NCBI GenBank assembly: GCA_951406725.2 | Contig: OX597828.1 | Location: forward strand, 22,878,001 to 22,942,000 | DNA from: Octopus vulgaris | Lineage: Eukaryota | Reading direction: 5' to 3' | DNA length: 64,000 nucleotides | In this document: piece after piece, positions 42,064-56,631 of the stretch | Layout: every line of letters starts with the position of its first letter | Position numbering within the stretch: the first letter of the stretch is position 1 | Program-made: the position numbers and the translations under genes | Notes under the pieces: model-generated | Told to the model about the DNA's origin: nothing | The model's input: only the letters and a program-made list of their open reading frames with translations | The model's database searches: none

Positions 42064-42660
42064 ATCTGCATGTTTCTTACAGTCACTTCCCGAAACACAC
42101 CCAGCGACCTAGCGCGAGTGAAGTATAAGAAATTTTGCAATATGACTGAAACCTTGGTATGATTATGTGCCGAAATATCTTCATACAATACATTTAAATT
42201 GATAGGTTTTTTCGAAGGATGTAGGTACTACTTGCCTGCACATTCTTTTAGATTTCTCTGAATCATGGTTCTCCTGAGATGTTTCTGCCATCCCTTATCA
42301 TACCAACGGCATCCACAATAACAGGGAACCTTGTCGCTTTAAGATGTCATTTCTTTTGTATTTCAATTTCCAGATCCTTATATTTCCTTAATTTCTCAAA
42401 TTCCTTTACAGATAGTTGTTTATTAGTTAGAACACTTACATCTTTTAGTCTACAAGTAGTTTCTTCTCTGTCTTTATTGACAATGGCTGGCGGGTTAATC
42501 TGGATTGTGCTGTCGGTGTGGACTGGAAAATCCCAGAGGATTATTACATTTTTTCCTTCAATGTTCTTAGCAGTAAATAGGAGTGCTGAGTTTGTAGTGT
42601 TTACATATTTTCCAATGTAAATACTGTACTACTCTACCGTGAGGATTTTTGTATTCGTTT
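42061..42660 (-). mobile_element. 5'-truncated Dong/R4 LINE (RLE domain and 3' UTR)
   Basis: QYLHWKICKHY; EGKNVIILWDFPVHTDSTI..NPPAIV...C.L.DVSV...KEFEKLRKYKDLEIEI...PVIV.AVGMI; 3' end runs into (AAT)n. Confidence 0.85.
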
Positions 42661-42689
42661 CTCTGGACTATTCTTATTATCATTATTTT

Positions 42690-44614
42690 CATTAGAATCA
42701 TCTTTCAATTCTGTTTCTATTTTTGCCGAGTGTCTTTCTGACAACTAGGGTATAAAAATATACTGTATACATTGTGAGAAAATGGGGAAAAAATAAATAA
42801 TTAAAAATTAAACAAATGAAACAAAGGTGTAAAAAAGAAAGAAAGTTCACAGCTACAATGTTCTTCTCTATACGTGTGACTTACCAGTTAAAACAATCTT
42901 TTAAACTTCCTGTAAGGATCATTATTTCCTGAGCTTATTAAATTCCTTTGCCGAGATATTATGGTCACAGGGTTTGCTCATGTCAGTCTATAAACAGACT
43001 TTATTACATTTGTCTTTCACAATATCTGGTTTATTTGCCTTGATGGTCCGGTCTGCACATGCTAGAAGTCTCCTCAGTTATAACCTCAGGGTGGTGCTTG
43101 TACCATTTGTCAGCAGTTTGGATTTCATAATGCCGACACATTATCCAATATAGATATTGGCCAACTCTGTTTTGTATTGATCTGTTGTCTACAGGTGCTA
43201 AAACATCACATTCAGAGATTAGGTGGTCCACTGTTTCTATCCCATCGTTGCAGTATCAGCACTTTGTGTCTAAACCATTTTTCATCACATTGACTTGATA
43301 GCTCCGGGTCAATGAGTTCTGATCTTGGGTAGCCAACATAAAAGCTGCACTCTCTGCATCTAGCCCTGATCTCCGTAGCCACTAATGGGTGTGCTTCTCG
43401 TCTACATCAGCTTATTTGCTACGGGCCACAAATTTGAATGCAGAGGTTTTTGTTCCCACCTATGCGCCAATTGTTCAAGCGCATTTTGCCTTGCTATTGA
43501 TTTCACCTTCTTTGCAACTACATTTGCTGCACTTCCCTCATGCTGTTCAATCTGTGTATTATGCATAAACTCACTCGAAAATGTTTTGCTCTCCTGCATA
43601 ACAGAATGTAGCTTCTTAGTCTTCATGTTTTCAAACAGCTTTAGCTTCCAGTCATTAGATATTTCAAAATATTTTGTCAGTCCAATTGTTGTGGTTTTGT
43701 AGGTTTCAAATTGTATCAAGCTCCGACCTCCTTGAACTCTGGGTAGGTAAAGACGATCTGTGTCTGCCTTTGGATGCTGCACTCTATTGAAAATCAGGAG
43801 CTTACGGATTTTCCTGTCAATCTTTCTTATTTCGCTTATATTCCACTTCAACACATTGAAACTGTAAATAACAACTGGAACTATTAAAGAATTTATAGCT
43901 AACACCATGTTACGAGTATTTAATTCGGATTTTAGGAATGCTCGAAGTTTCGTGTTACACTCCTTCCTGATCTTCTCTATCATACTTGCATGTTGAATTC
44001 CAGAGCCCTCATTTATTCCGAGGTGTTTATAAGTTTATTCCTGGTCGAGATCTTTATAACAGTGTCAACATCAAAATCACTGAATATGAGGTCTTCAGTT
44101 TTCCTTTCAGGAAAGTGGCACATTTATCAAGACCGAATTCCATCCCAAGTCATCACTGAATGCTTTCACTGTACGTAGTAGTCCTTCAAGCTCATTATCG
44201 TCTTTACCATAGAGTTTTAAGTCTTGCATATAAAATAGATGACTTATTTACTTGTCGCCAATTTTATATCCATGCCCTGTATTGTTAAGTTAACATGTAA
44301 AGGGTATTAGGGTTATGCAGAAAATTAAATGTGAAAGTGAATCACATTGGAAAATACTGCAGTCGATATTAATATTTTTGTGTGGTCAGTAGTCCATGAG
44401 AGTGGTATAATTGAAGATTCGCATTTTACATTGACATGTTGTGCTTCAGGAAGCTTGAAATCACAGGAGAAATTTTGAAGATATCCAGCGATTTCATGAT
44501 CCATGAATGCAGTATGTGGTCGAAGGCATTTTTATAATCAATCCATGCAGAACTGACATTTCTGCGTTATCTATGACAGGTCTAAAGGATCATGCGATTG
44601 ATAAAGAGTTGGTC

Positions 44615-44616
<2 letters not shown>
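42690..44616 (-). mobile_element. Decayed Dong/R4-clade non-LTR retrotransposon (RT, CCHC, RLE)
   Basis: AWIDYKNAFD; IFQCDSLSHLIFC; HLFYMQDLKLY; HPKADTDRLYLPRVQGGRSL; ETVDHLISEC...YLYWIMC; DRTIKANKPDIV; 5' end abuts a long (TAA)n. Confidence 0.93.
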
Positions 44617-44666
<50 letters not shown>

Positions 44667-44687
44667 TATTATTATTATTATTATTAC

Positions 44688-44748
<61 letters not shown>

Positions 44749-44761
44749 TTATTGTTGTTGT

Positions 44762-45254
44762 TGAGAGAGCAGTGCATGCTTACCCATCATGACTACCTGT
44801 CTGACAAGGGTACACCAGGTACATGCATCACCACCGTATGTGCGCAACATGGTAATCTCATATCAAAATAACCACGCATGAGTTTGTAGCTGGGGCCCAG
44901 TTAGAACTTTCTTCATGTAGAGTAAACGATCCTGCTCAAAAGGTCCTTGAATGAGATTTGTTTAAGGATGTCGATCGATACACCCATGTTTTCAGAGGTG
45001 AATTATACAAACTACAAAGAACTCCCCAAACACATAACTATGATGCTGGCCCCACTACTTCTGCTCGTAACCAGAAATGCACATATCATCAGCCTCCAAG
45101 GTACATGTTCAACTGGTTATGTTCAAACAAGTGACATGCAACCTGCGTTATTGAGCAGAATATTTTACAGAAAGACAAAAGTAAGCATATAACACATCCA
45201 AGTAATTAAAACCAGACACTACGAGAACCAGTGCCTGGTATTGCATCACGGCAG
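44762..45254 (-). mobile_element. Older copy of the TAA-embedded non-coding family
   Basis: Reverse complement collinear with 30564-31111 with small deletions; (TTA)n flanks. Confidence 0.85.
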
Positions 45255-45948
45255 TTATTATTATTATTATTTTTTTTTTGGAAGTATTAATTTTTTTATT
45301 AAAGTATATACCAATTATGAAAAATATTAGAAAGAAGTTGTTGTAGAAACACTAGGAGCGAGTGTAACGCTTCTTTTGTTATTACCGTCGTTAATGAAAC
45401 TACTTTTTTAATATCACTACCCCCGATAGTACATTTATTGTCGTCAAGAATATATAGTTCCGTTTCTGTTTTCATGTTGTCATTGCTACAGAAGTTAAAG
45501 ATTGACAATCGATAACTGAAAATGGTGAGAAAACAGAAACTGAGAGTATACATAATAAAGCTGAATGGAATTAAAATAGGATGAGTAAATAGATACGTGT
45601 ATGAGAATACCGATAATGCAAAGAAGCATAAGGCGATTTTACATATAAAGAATATGCAGAACAAGGAAAAAAAGATATTGAGACATAAGCAATAAGACAT
45701 CGAGAATGGAAGGGAAATATGAAAAATAATCTAAAGCGGTTCGTGTAAACTCAGTTCTATATCTGAAGGAAATGGGAAAAAATGAAAGAAAACAGTTTTC
45801 AAAATACAAACGGAATTGTACACGCATAAATATGTGTATGTGTGTGTAAGCATCCAGCCACATACGTATATATGTGTACACATATTCATACACACACACG
45901 CATATATATATAATTTATACACACACACATTAATATAATATATATATA

Positions 45949-46004
<56 letters not shown>

Positions 46005-46276
46005 ATGTGTACATATATATGTATATAAACACGAACGTACAAGCGCGTATGTATTTATGTATTTATGTATGTCTGTAGGTATGTATAGATGTGTACGTAT
46101 GTATATATATATATGTATATTTACATTTTTGCATACATAAGAAGACACAGATAGTGACACGCATGCACCCACAGATGGAGATTATTTATGTATGTATGTG
46201 GGTGTCTGTGTGTCAGTGTGTGTGTCTAGATATGTATGTATATGACTGTGTGTGTTTACATGCAAGTTTTCATAAA

Positions 46277-47477
46277 TACATACAGAATAAAATACCCATC
46301 CTTATAATCATTAAAATTTATATATATCTGAATTTATATAATCTAATTATTTATTAATTGTTATAATGTGAATATTTAATATTTAGTAGACATGTCCTAT
46401 GTGTGTTTCAATGCAAGGGCCTTATTACGCATGTTACAGATCAGATGGCGAATATTCTCTTGCGGAATTTCTTGAAAAGTTTCATGCATTAAATCTCAAA
46501 AGATCTGGCTTTGAAGATGCTTTCTTGTTATTTTTATCAATTTTCCTGTCCGTTATGTCCCAGAGGTGTTCCGTTGGGTTCATATCTGGTGACTGGCTTC
46601 GCTATGGAAGCTTTTTAATACAATTCTCATCCAACAAATCTTGGGTCATTTTAGCCGTGTGACAAGGAGCCCATCTTCCATAAATAAAAAGTCTTCTTTA
46701 ATCATTTCAATAATGGAGAAGGATTGGAAGGAGTCCTTTCTGCAATATTGTTTATGTTTCCCTCATACTCCACTAGTTTTGATCAACCATTGCTCCAAAT
46801 TGCTCCCCAGACCATCACAGAATAGCTGATTTGTTTCATTGTTGGCTGCAATCTTTTCACATCAAACTTCTTGATCACAGAGTCTGCAGTCCTACACACG
46901 ACCGTTGTCAGAAAATATAGCAAATCAGAGAATATGACAGATAGTGGCCCCTCCACTATTTCACTGGACCAGTCTTTCCTCCACTTGTTCGAAGAAGTGG
47001 CTTCCCTCTTGATGCTCTGCCATAATAACCAAGTTTTTGGAGATACTTGCCAGCTGTTCTGGGACTGACATCAACTTGTTCTGCTATGTCAGAGGTCTTG
47101 CAACGGGGATTATCCTCCATACTTCTCTTAACGAAGAGAAGGGTCCGGTCAGAGGGCCCTGGTTGATTTCGATGTGGGGATGTGAACACCTTCCCCTCGC
47201 TGGTGAATTGCACAATCTCTCTATTAACTGTAAAAAGCGGGATCCAAAGGTTTTCTGCGATTTTACGCTATGTCCACCTTCAGAATGACCCAAAATAAGG
47301 CCTCTTTGAAATTCAGACAGTTCCAAGGCATTTTTGTTCATGGCATGATTAAACAGTCACATACAGAGCGTGAAACATAAAAATGCCAATATTTTAAGCT
47401 TATATACCCTTACAAGTCAGAATAAACATAAAGCAAAATTTTAAGGGCTGTCTATTTACTTCTGTCGTGTCTGTGTA
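46277..47477 (-). mobile_element. Tc1-like DNA transposon with pseudogenised transposase (about 46376-47341)
   Basis: ELSEFQRGLILG; [32 protein letters not shown]; FMEDG..CHTAK; SQSPDM.P; C-terminal MSTKY*; degenerate TIRs (ACAGAA.TAAATA..CA.CC) next to TA. Confidence 0.88.
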
Positions 47478-47904
47478 CATTAAAGATTTCTTATAAGAAT
47501 GATCTGTTTTAAGACCACGGCACCGACGGCTTCCATATGGAGACTGTAATTTTCCGGCACTGCGTTCCATTACTTTTGTCACGACAAATGATTCTCGACA
47601 TGTTAGCTTGTGTTCATCGTCCTTAAGCAACGGGAAACGCATCGGTCAACACGAGCTTCTTGCCCGGGTTCCGACAATCAGCAGAATGTTTCATTGATGC
47701 GTCTCGAAGTGACGCATCGGGGAATTTTTAATTAAGATGGCAAAATAGTGCTCCAATGAGAATTGGACAAGACTCTCCAAGGAGCGTCAGTTACTGCCCC
47801 ACCCTTAATCTGTGATTTTTGATAAAAATAAATGGACAACTTTCTTTCAGTAGTTGCCCTAATACCTAAGACTTTTGATGTGAAAATATTAAAATTGACT
47901 CTTT

Positions 47905-48100
47905 AAGGCCGCGAGCTGACAGAGTCGTTAGCAAGACGGGTAAAATATTTGCGGTATTTCGTCAGTCTTTACATCCTGAGTTCGAATTCCGCCGAGGTCG
48001 ACTTATCCTTTCTGATGTCGGTAACATTAGCACAACGGGGTCGAATTCATCGACTTGCTGTACTTACCACAAAGTTCCGGCCTTTTCTTTATGGGAAAAG
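47905..48100 (+). mobile_element. SINE family B
   Basis: GGCCGCGAGCTGACAGAGTCGTTAGC...CTGAGTTCGAATTCCGCCGAGGTCGACTT. Confidence 0.85.
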
Positions 48101-48623
48101 GGTGAAAACCTAAAAAAAATATATCATTCAGTCGAATTGCACCATAAACAGATAAATCTTGCAATACGCATTCCGAATCAGTAAAGAATAAAAAAAATGA
48201 GTCGTGTATCAATAGCGAAGTGAAATCTGGTTAAATTAAGAATGAAAAAATTTTTGATGTGTTTTTTTTTACTCGACAGCTCACACAAAGACACACACAC
48301 ACACACACACACATTCTCATATATGTATGTATGTCTGCGTGTATGTGTCTGTCTCTGTCTCTGTCTCTGTGTGAGTGCCTGTGTGTAACGTTGTCCAAGC
48401 GAAATATACGAGCAGTGTGGTGTTGCGCGGCGACGGAATCAAGGTGTATGTGTTGGTGCATGAGTAAAAGTTACTTAAATTAGCACAAGTTTATTAAAGG
48501 GAAATTTCACACCAAATATAGTCTCGTGTCTGCGCAGATGCTTAAGTACTTTTACATTAGACACACAGACACAGATAATCATTCTCACATACCTACACAT
48601 ATATACATAGTATATACATACAT

Positions 48624-48656
<33 letters not shown>

Positions 48657-48700
48657 CATGTGTATATATGTGTATGTATATATATATATATATATGTATG

Positions 48701-48736
<36 letters not shown>

Positions 48737-49016
48737 ATAGCATTAGCTGGAGAGTAGATCACTGACATAAGTTTCAGTATATCTGGAACAATCACCATTA
48801 GTGGAGGTCATGGTCTTCTGACTCAGTCAGGCAATGTCACCCACTATATACAAACGTTTGAAAAGTTCGTGAATTGACACGAAAATCTCAGATTAGGTTC
48901 TGTAAAATACGCTTCAATAGCATTTTCTTTATCGACAACACCTAAACATCCGCCTACAAATTCACGTTCGAAATTTAAGACACGTATGCATATGTATGCA
49001 TACACACACACACACA

Positions 49017-49049
<33 letters not shown>

Positions 49050-49264
49050 GCATATATATATATATATATATATATATGCATGTTAGTGTGTGTTTTTGTG
49101 AGTGTGTGGTGCGTGTTCACGTGAGTGGATATGAGAAATTTAGTATATATATATGTAAAAAGACATATGTATATATATTATTTTATTCTTTTATATATTC
49201 AGAACATATATGTACAAATGCATGCGTGTGTGTGTGTGTAGACAGATATATGCATACATTTATA

Positions 49265-49302
<38 letters not shown>

Positions 49303-49319
49303 AGATTGGTACTTGTGTC

Positions 49320-49383
<64 letters not shown>

Positions 49384-49600
49384 CCATATTGGTTTGTATT
49401 TGGGGGTGAAATGTTTCGTGCATGTCACTGTACTGACGTACATATAAGAAATGTTAAGACCCCTACTTTAAGATATTGTACTCTATCCTTTCTTCGAGAA
49501 ATAAATATTTTTTAAAGATTGGTATTTTTTAAAGTTACTGAGCATATGTGACGGTTGTAGCGAAGTAAATATATGAATATCTATCTATATCTATCTATCT

Positions 49601-49680
<80 letters not shown>

Positions 49681-50137
49681 GGGAACCGAAATGTTTCTAT
49701 AAGAAGTGCAAGGTATTGACATACAATATGCGTGAGAGACAACGGAATCTCGGAGAGAAATTTATTAAAAGAATTGATAAATTTTAAAAAAATAACTGCG
49801 CTGAATATCTTTGGAGGTGGATGAGATATGATGTGATGTTAAGAGAAAAAGGAAGCGGAATGAGTAAATGGGGGGAAGGAAGGAAGTAAATAGAACGGTG
49901 ATGATATGCTGGTATTGAGCACTACTCCTGAAGCATGCTTCTTCCACGCCCCGTCCGGGACAATATTAACAAATATCACGCACGCCATCAGGAATTTGTT
50001 ATGGAACTTATATTTTATATTTGTACTCACACACACTCAGACACGAATATAGATATGTGTATAAATATATATGCATATGTGTGTGCAAAAATAAAATATA
50101 TATGTATATATTTACAACTATATATATATATATATAC

Positions 50138-50215
<78 letters not shown>

Positions 50216-51562
50216 TGTTCTGTTTAAAGTCAAAAAACATTCACAAACTGTTACTTAGAATCTCATGTTCGTCAGAGATTTGGGATAATACAGAAAGATG
50301 AAATTTTATAAAATGCGAGTATCTATTGAAATTATATATTTTTTATAGATAGTAATTCAAAGTATGCATTTAAATCTGATCATTAGGTAACGAATCTGAA
50401 AATTAACAGTTCATAAGTGACTGCAAGTAGGGCTAGACAGGCCCCCAGCGAAAAAATAATTCTGATCGATAGTTGAATCGAAAAAAATTGCGAAAAACAA
50501 GAATAAAAATGCACAGAATATAAAATACTATGTCAAGAAATATTTATTACAGATAAAGGGAGCGGTAGACAAACAATCTGACTGAGAGACAGACAGAGAG
50601 ACTGACAGACGGACAGACAGTCTGATAAATAGATAGATAAATAGAAAGAAAATATATTTCTTCATCACCATTTTATTGTAAGTCCTACTTGCATCCAATT
50701 CTAAATTAACATACGCCCACCAAAATATTGCGGTGCCTCACAGCCCGCCTCTCCTTCTGACACCAACAAACATTGCTTCAGAGATAACAATGAGATTTTC
50801 TGATATGGTTTATAGTATTTGAAGAATGGAAAGTTTAGAACAAACCTAAATGAAATCCATCATTAATGTGTCTACCTCTTCGTGTAGTAGATATAATCTA
50901 CATCGCTTAAAAGTACCATTTCAGAACTGTATACGTGAGGAAATGTAGATACCATTATTCATGAGCTTTGCTAGAAATAGATGCTAAAACCATTAAGAAA
51001 TGAATTGGCATAAAGCAAATATTAAATTTGACAATGCAGTCCTTTTGATAATTTACAAATGCTAAACTGTGGTTGAACAGCAAGGAGAAAAGCAACAAGA
51101 ACAAAAGTTTTGTGGTCCTTAGATATTTTGGGATTAGGCAGTAGGCATATATTCTCCAGTTTAAAACCCATACAAGTTCACTTAGTGCGCTTTGAAAAGG
51201 ATTCGTACTCAACCGTGTTTTCCCAGCAATTATTTTGGCTAAACATCTACCTCTTCCCTTTTACCTTTCTATCTCACAGAATTTATTTCAGTTGGAGACA
51301 AGCAGCAAAGATCATGAGCATTGCTCCCCTACCACCACAGCATCAACTTTTCCTGTGACTCAGTTATTTTAATTTTTTTTTTAATTTTAAAATATAAAAA
51401 TGGAAGTTTAAATAAGAGAGTGACAGAAAATGAAAGAGAAGAGATTGAGAGAAAGAGAGAAGGGAGATGAGGATAGAGATACAGAGAAAGACAAAATAAG
51501 AGTGAGCAAAAGTAATGAAAGGCTTTCAAAGAGAATATTAAGGATGATTGATAAAGAGAAAG

Positions 51563-51635
<73 letters not shown>

Positions 51636-52293
51636 GAAGGCATTAAAAATATAGTAGCAAGCTATGACATGTGAGTATATGTACGAGTGTGTGCATAGAA
51701 ATGAGTGTGTGACTGTGTTTGTTTATTTATCTGTTGAAAAATAAAGAAAAAAAAATATTTAGAACGTGTGCAAGTAGGAAGAAATTAAATGTAAAACACG
51801 ACAAAATCACCTTACACAAAACAGTATTATAGGAAAAGAAAGAAGTGGGGAAAATAACAACAATAATAATAAATAAACGAGAAAGTGTTGTCATGTGAAA
51901 AGCAATGAAAAATACAGAAAGCATTTGTTGTCAACTTTGGAACAGAATTCTTGTAGAAGAGCGAAGAGATAAAAATAAAAACATAAAAGTAAATAAAATA
52001 AGAAATAAAGAAAAAAATGCAAGAAACGAAATGCAAAGTATTGGCAAGAATTGGCAAGAAATATACTAAACCCTCTCCTCTTTGGCATCGTTGTATCTTT
52101 CTTTAATAATATTATGTTTAGTTTTTGTTGTTGTATTCTTTGCTATTTCTTTTGTCATGTATTGGCTTTCTCTTTCTATATACATATATATATATTGTGT
52201 GTGTGCGTGTGTGTGCGTCTGTATGTACATATATATGTATATGTATATATATATCTATATGTATATATATATATGTATGTATATGTATATATG

Positions 52294-52348
<55 letters not shown>

Positions 52349-52375
52349 ATGTATATGTATATATGTATATGTATG

Positions 52376-52425
<50 letters not shown>

Positions 52426-54388
52426 GATATATAGGTATGACTACGTGTGTACATTGTGTCTTAGTTGTGATGGAAAGCAACTGTCTTATTAGATGTTAAG
52501 TTCTCCTCACTTTCAGAATGACAGAAATACATTTATCTCGTTACCTGACACTCTTGCAAACATACATATACAGAAAAATTACATATACGGAAATGTATAT
52601 GCTGACAGACAACGGATAATCTATGACATAGGCGTACAATACAAACCATTACACATTATATATATATATATATATATCTTTATAGTAAGAGGTCAAACAT
52701 GACAACCTAACGCTCGTGCATTTTGTTGTCGCACTTTACATGCTGCTCCCACCTTCACTTCTTTCTCTCACTCGGATTGTTCTCTAATACCCGAAAACTT
52801 ATATCTTTATAGGAGACCTTATACTTGTATTCGAAACCTGATTACCTTACCGTATATTATTCATTCTGTTAAATGTTTACGTCTAGCGTTTACCAAAGAA
52901 TATTAATTTTAACGTCCCTTTAATTATTGCCCCTCTCTGAAATTTGCTTTGCGTTCTATATGCATATACATACACACATACGCACAGACACATACACACA
53001 AGAATGACATGCACACAAACACACATACACACCAACACAAACACACACGCGCACGCACACCCTTATTTATATGTATAAATACATATGTATGTGTGTGTGT
53101 ACCGTTATTTCTCGTTCATACATAGTGGCATTGATTTGTGACGTTTCTTTGTAATGGCAATGCTAATTCATATTAACAGCTTGGTGGCAGTAACCAGTTC
53201 TAACCTGCCGTCTACTTAAAGGGGAATGTTTTACTCGTTCAACGGCAGCTGAGGTTTTGAAGACGAAACAAAGCATCCAGATAAACCACGAATTTAACCA
53301 TATGTGTATGTTTCGCTGATTCAAATATTCAGAAGTTCGTGTTACCAACAGCATTAAGTCATTGAACAATGACAGACCTCATGGACAGACAGAGGTTTAT
53401 CAGCAAGTTTCTGTACTAAATAGCAAAGCTCATGTGGCCCAAGAATGGACCAAACTTGTGGACTGCAAAATTGTCAGATTTACATTTGATGGTGCAATAC
53501 GTTTAGAACATTGCTGAAATGGAGACGAATTGACATCTTCACAATTCCAAATATAAACTAACCCTTACCATTTTACACGTTAATTTTGAAAATTTTGCGA
53601 AACATTTAGAGCAGACGTTTCATTGATTCTGCTTTTGCAGTCGTTAAAACTGACGGCAGATTTATAAAATGATCTTAAACGAAAGTTTATGAAAAACAAG
53701 TGCGAAATTTACTATTAAACTATAAATGCCACATTACGCTGCTTCTATAAAATTACCAAATTATCAAATACAACCTCGAATGCATCTCGCGTTTGGTGAC
53801 GTCTAACTTGATAATCTTTTATTAGACTGTGTTTCTGATCACGGCACTCGGTCGCAATCATGGGACTACGGCATACAGGTTGTTAATTCCTATTCAATGT
53901 TGGTAACTTGGGCACAATCGCACTCCATAGCAGTATGACCTGTTGTTTTCTAAACATATATCCGATTTTCCGGAGACCAATAAAGTATTCCTCTGTATAA
54001 ATGAGTCGTTGAGATAGAGACGTATTTCAGCTAATTCATGAAAAAAAAAATTCTAAATTCCAGCGGGCTAAGGAGGAACTTCAATACAGATTTCAAAGTC
54101 AAACACGCGAGATAAGAGGTTTTATTGTTGCCACGCTTTCCTAAGGCAATGTGAAAAAGAAAGCAACATCGCGCTGTCAGCAACATGCCTAATGCACGCC
54201 GACCTAAAATCACATAACATGCATTACATACACACACATATGTGCACATATATGTGGAAGTATCCACGTATTCCCATGACGTACACACACACACACATAT
54301 ATACGTGTATAAATATATATGCATTATAAATATATGCATATGAATATAAATATTTGCATATATATAAAAACATATGGTATACATGCGC

Positions 54389-54419
<31 letters not shown>

Positions 54420-54420
<1 letters not shown>

Positions 54421-54648
54421 GCGGCGAGCTGGCAGAAACGTTAGCGCGCCGGGCGAAACGCTTAGCGGTATTTCGTCTGTCGTTACATTCTGAGTTCAAA
54501 TTACGCCGAGGTCGACTTTGCCTTTCATCCTTTCGGGGTCGATAAATTAAGTACCACTTACGCACTGGGGTCGATGTATCGACTTAATACCTATGTCTGT
54601 CCTTGTTTGTTCCCTCTGCGTTTAGCCCCTTGTGGGTAGTAAAGAAAT
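54420..54648 (+). mobile_element. SINE family B, best-preserved copy
   Basis: GGCGGCGAGCTGGCAGAAACGTTAGC...GAGTTCAAAT (B box)...GGTCGACTTTGCCTTTCATCCTTTCGGGGTCGATAAATTAAGTACC. Confidence 0.92.
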
Positions 54649-54727
54649 ATATATATATATATAGCGGTAGTGCCCCAGCATGGCCGCGGCCTTCGGGCTT
54701 TAAAATTTTTAAGGATTTTATAGGCAT

Positions 54728-54891
54728 AGGTGCAGGCGTAGCTCTGTGGTGAGATGCTGGCTTCCTAACCTCACGGTTCCAAATTCAGCGACCGCGTGGC
54801 ATCTTGGGCAAGTGTCGACTACTATAACTTCGGACCGACCAAGGTCATGTGAGTGGATTTCGTACACAGAAACTGAAAGAAGCCCGTCTTG

Positions 54892-54892
<1 letters not shown>
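54728..54892 (+). mobile_element. SINE family A, 5' half
   Basis: GCGTGGCATCTTGGGCAAGTGTC.ACTACTATA...GACC...GTGAGTGGATTT..GAAACTGAAAGAAGCCCGTC. Confidence 0.85.
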
Positions 54893-54941
<49 letters not shown>

Positions 54942-55909
54942 CATACATATATATACACATACAAATATATATACATATATATAAATTATATAAATATACA
55001 TACATATACACTCACACACACACATACACACGCACACACACATAGACACAAATACACACACACATATATGTATACATATATATATATATATATATATGCA
55101 CACCCACGAGGAGTAGTAATATGAATAGACCATACACACACGTACATATATGATATCCGATATTTTCATGTTTAGCTATCCTATTAGTCTATTATAAAGA
55201 AAAAAACTTACGTCGGCTACTACTGCTAACGTCATCATTATTGTTAATATTGTTATCATCATCATCACAGTCTGTCGTCGTCATCATCACCATCTTCAGT
55301 ATCAGTATCATTGTCCTCATCATCGTCACCACCACCACTATCATCATCAACATCGTCATCAACATCGTCGTCATTATGCCGATGTAGTTTTCAATTTTAT
55401 ATAACTTTTTTTTCCGTCCTTTACGCTATGTCGTTAAACGAAATGCGTCCCATTCTTTCTCTTTGGAATTTATTTGGATTTTTCTTTTTGGTTGTTCATT
55501 TATTTAGTAGCAGAAATTTCATAATTGAAAAAAAAAAAAGAAAAGAAATACATAAAATTATATAGAAATATACAAAAACAAAATGGCGTATGTTTCTTTG
55601 AAAGACTTCACGATTTTTAAGGGAGATGAATTAGATGAGTGCTATGAGATTCTTTAAAGGAATATCAACGATATTTTTGAAAGTGTATGGTTGTATATTT
55701 ATATGTTGTTATCGCAAAGATAAGAAGCGAGAGAGACACACAGAGAGTGATGGACACAGACAGAAAGAGAAGCAGGGAGATGGCGGAGTGGTTGTACTAG
55801 TGGTCGGGGGATATATGATGAAAATGCGAAAATTTGAATGAGATTTTACGGCATGTGTGTATGAGTTAATGACATACATTGTGTATGTTTGTGCATACCT
55901 CAATGCCTG

Positions 55910-55958
<49 letters not shown>

Positions 55959-55992
55959 GCATTGAGGGGTTTACATATATATATATATATAC

Positions 55993-56025
<33 letters not shown>

Positions 56026-56055
56026 TACATATATGCATATATATATGTATATGTA

Positions 56056-56087
<32 letters not shown>

Positions 56088-56532
56088 CATGTTTATATAT
56101 ATATATGTGTACATATATGTTTATATATATATATATATATTTACACATGTATATACATATATGTACACACATGTAAACATACACGTCTATATATGAGTAG
56201 CCATACACACACGCACGCATGTATATGCATATGTATATATATTTGTGTGCATACACGTGTCAATGTGTGTTTGCGTGCGAATGGTCGTTTTCCTTCCTTT
56301 CAATGAATTTTTGTTTCCTTTCTTTAATCTTTTGCAACGAACGATAATTCATAGCAAATTTTGGAATATCTCTACTTAAGCATTTGAATAGCAAACGCCA
56401 TTTTTAATGCGGGACGCATAGGCATAGGTACATTCATACATGCATACACACACACACACACATATACATATATATGTATATATGTATATATGTATATATA
56501 TGTAGATGTGTATATATGTAGATATGTATATG

Positions 56533-56631
<99 letters not shown>

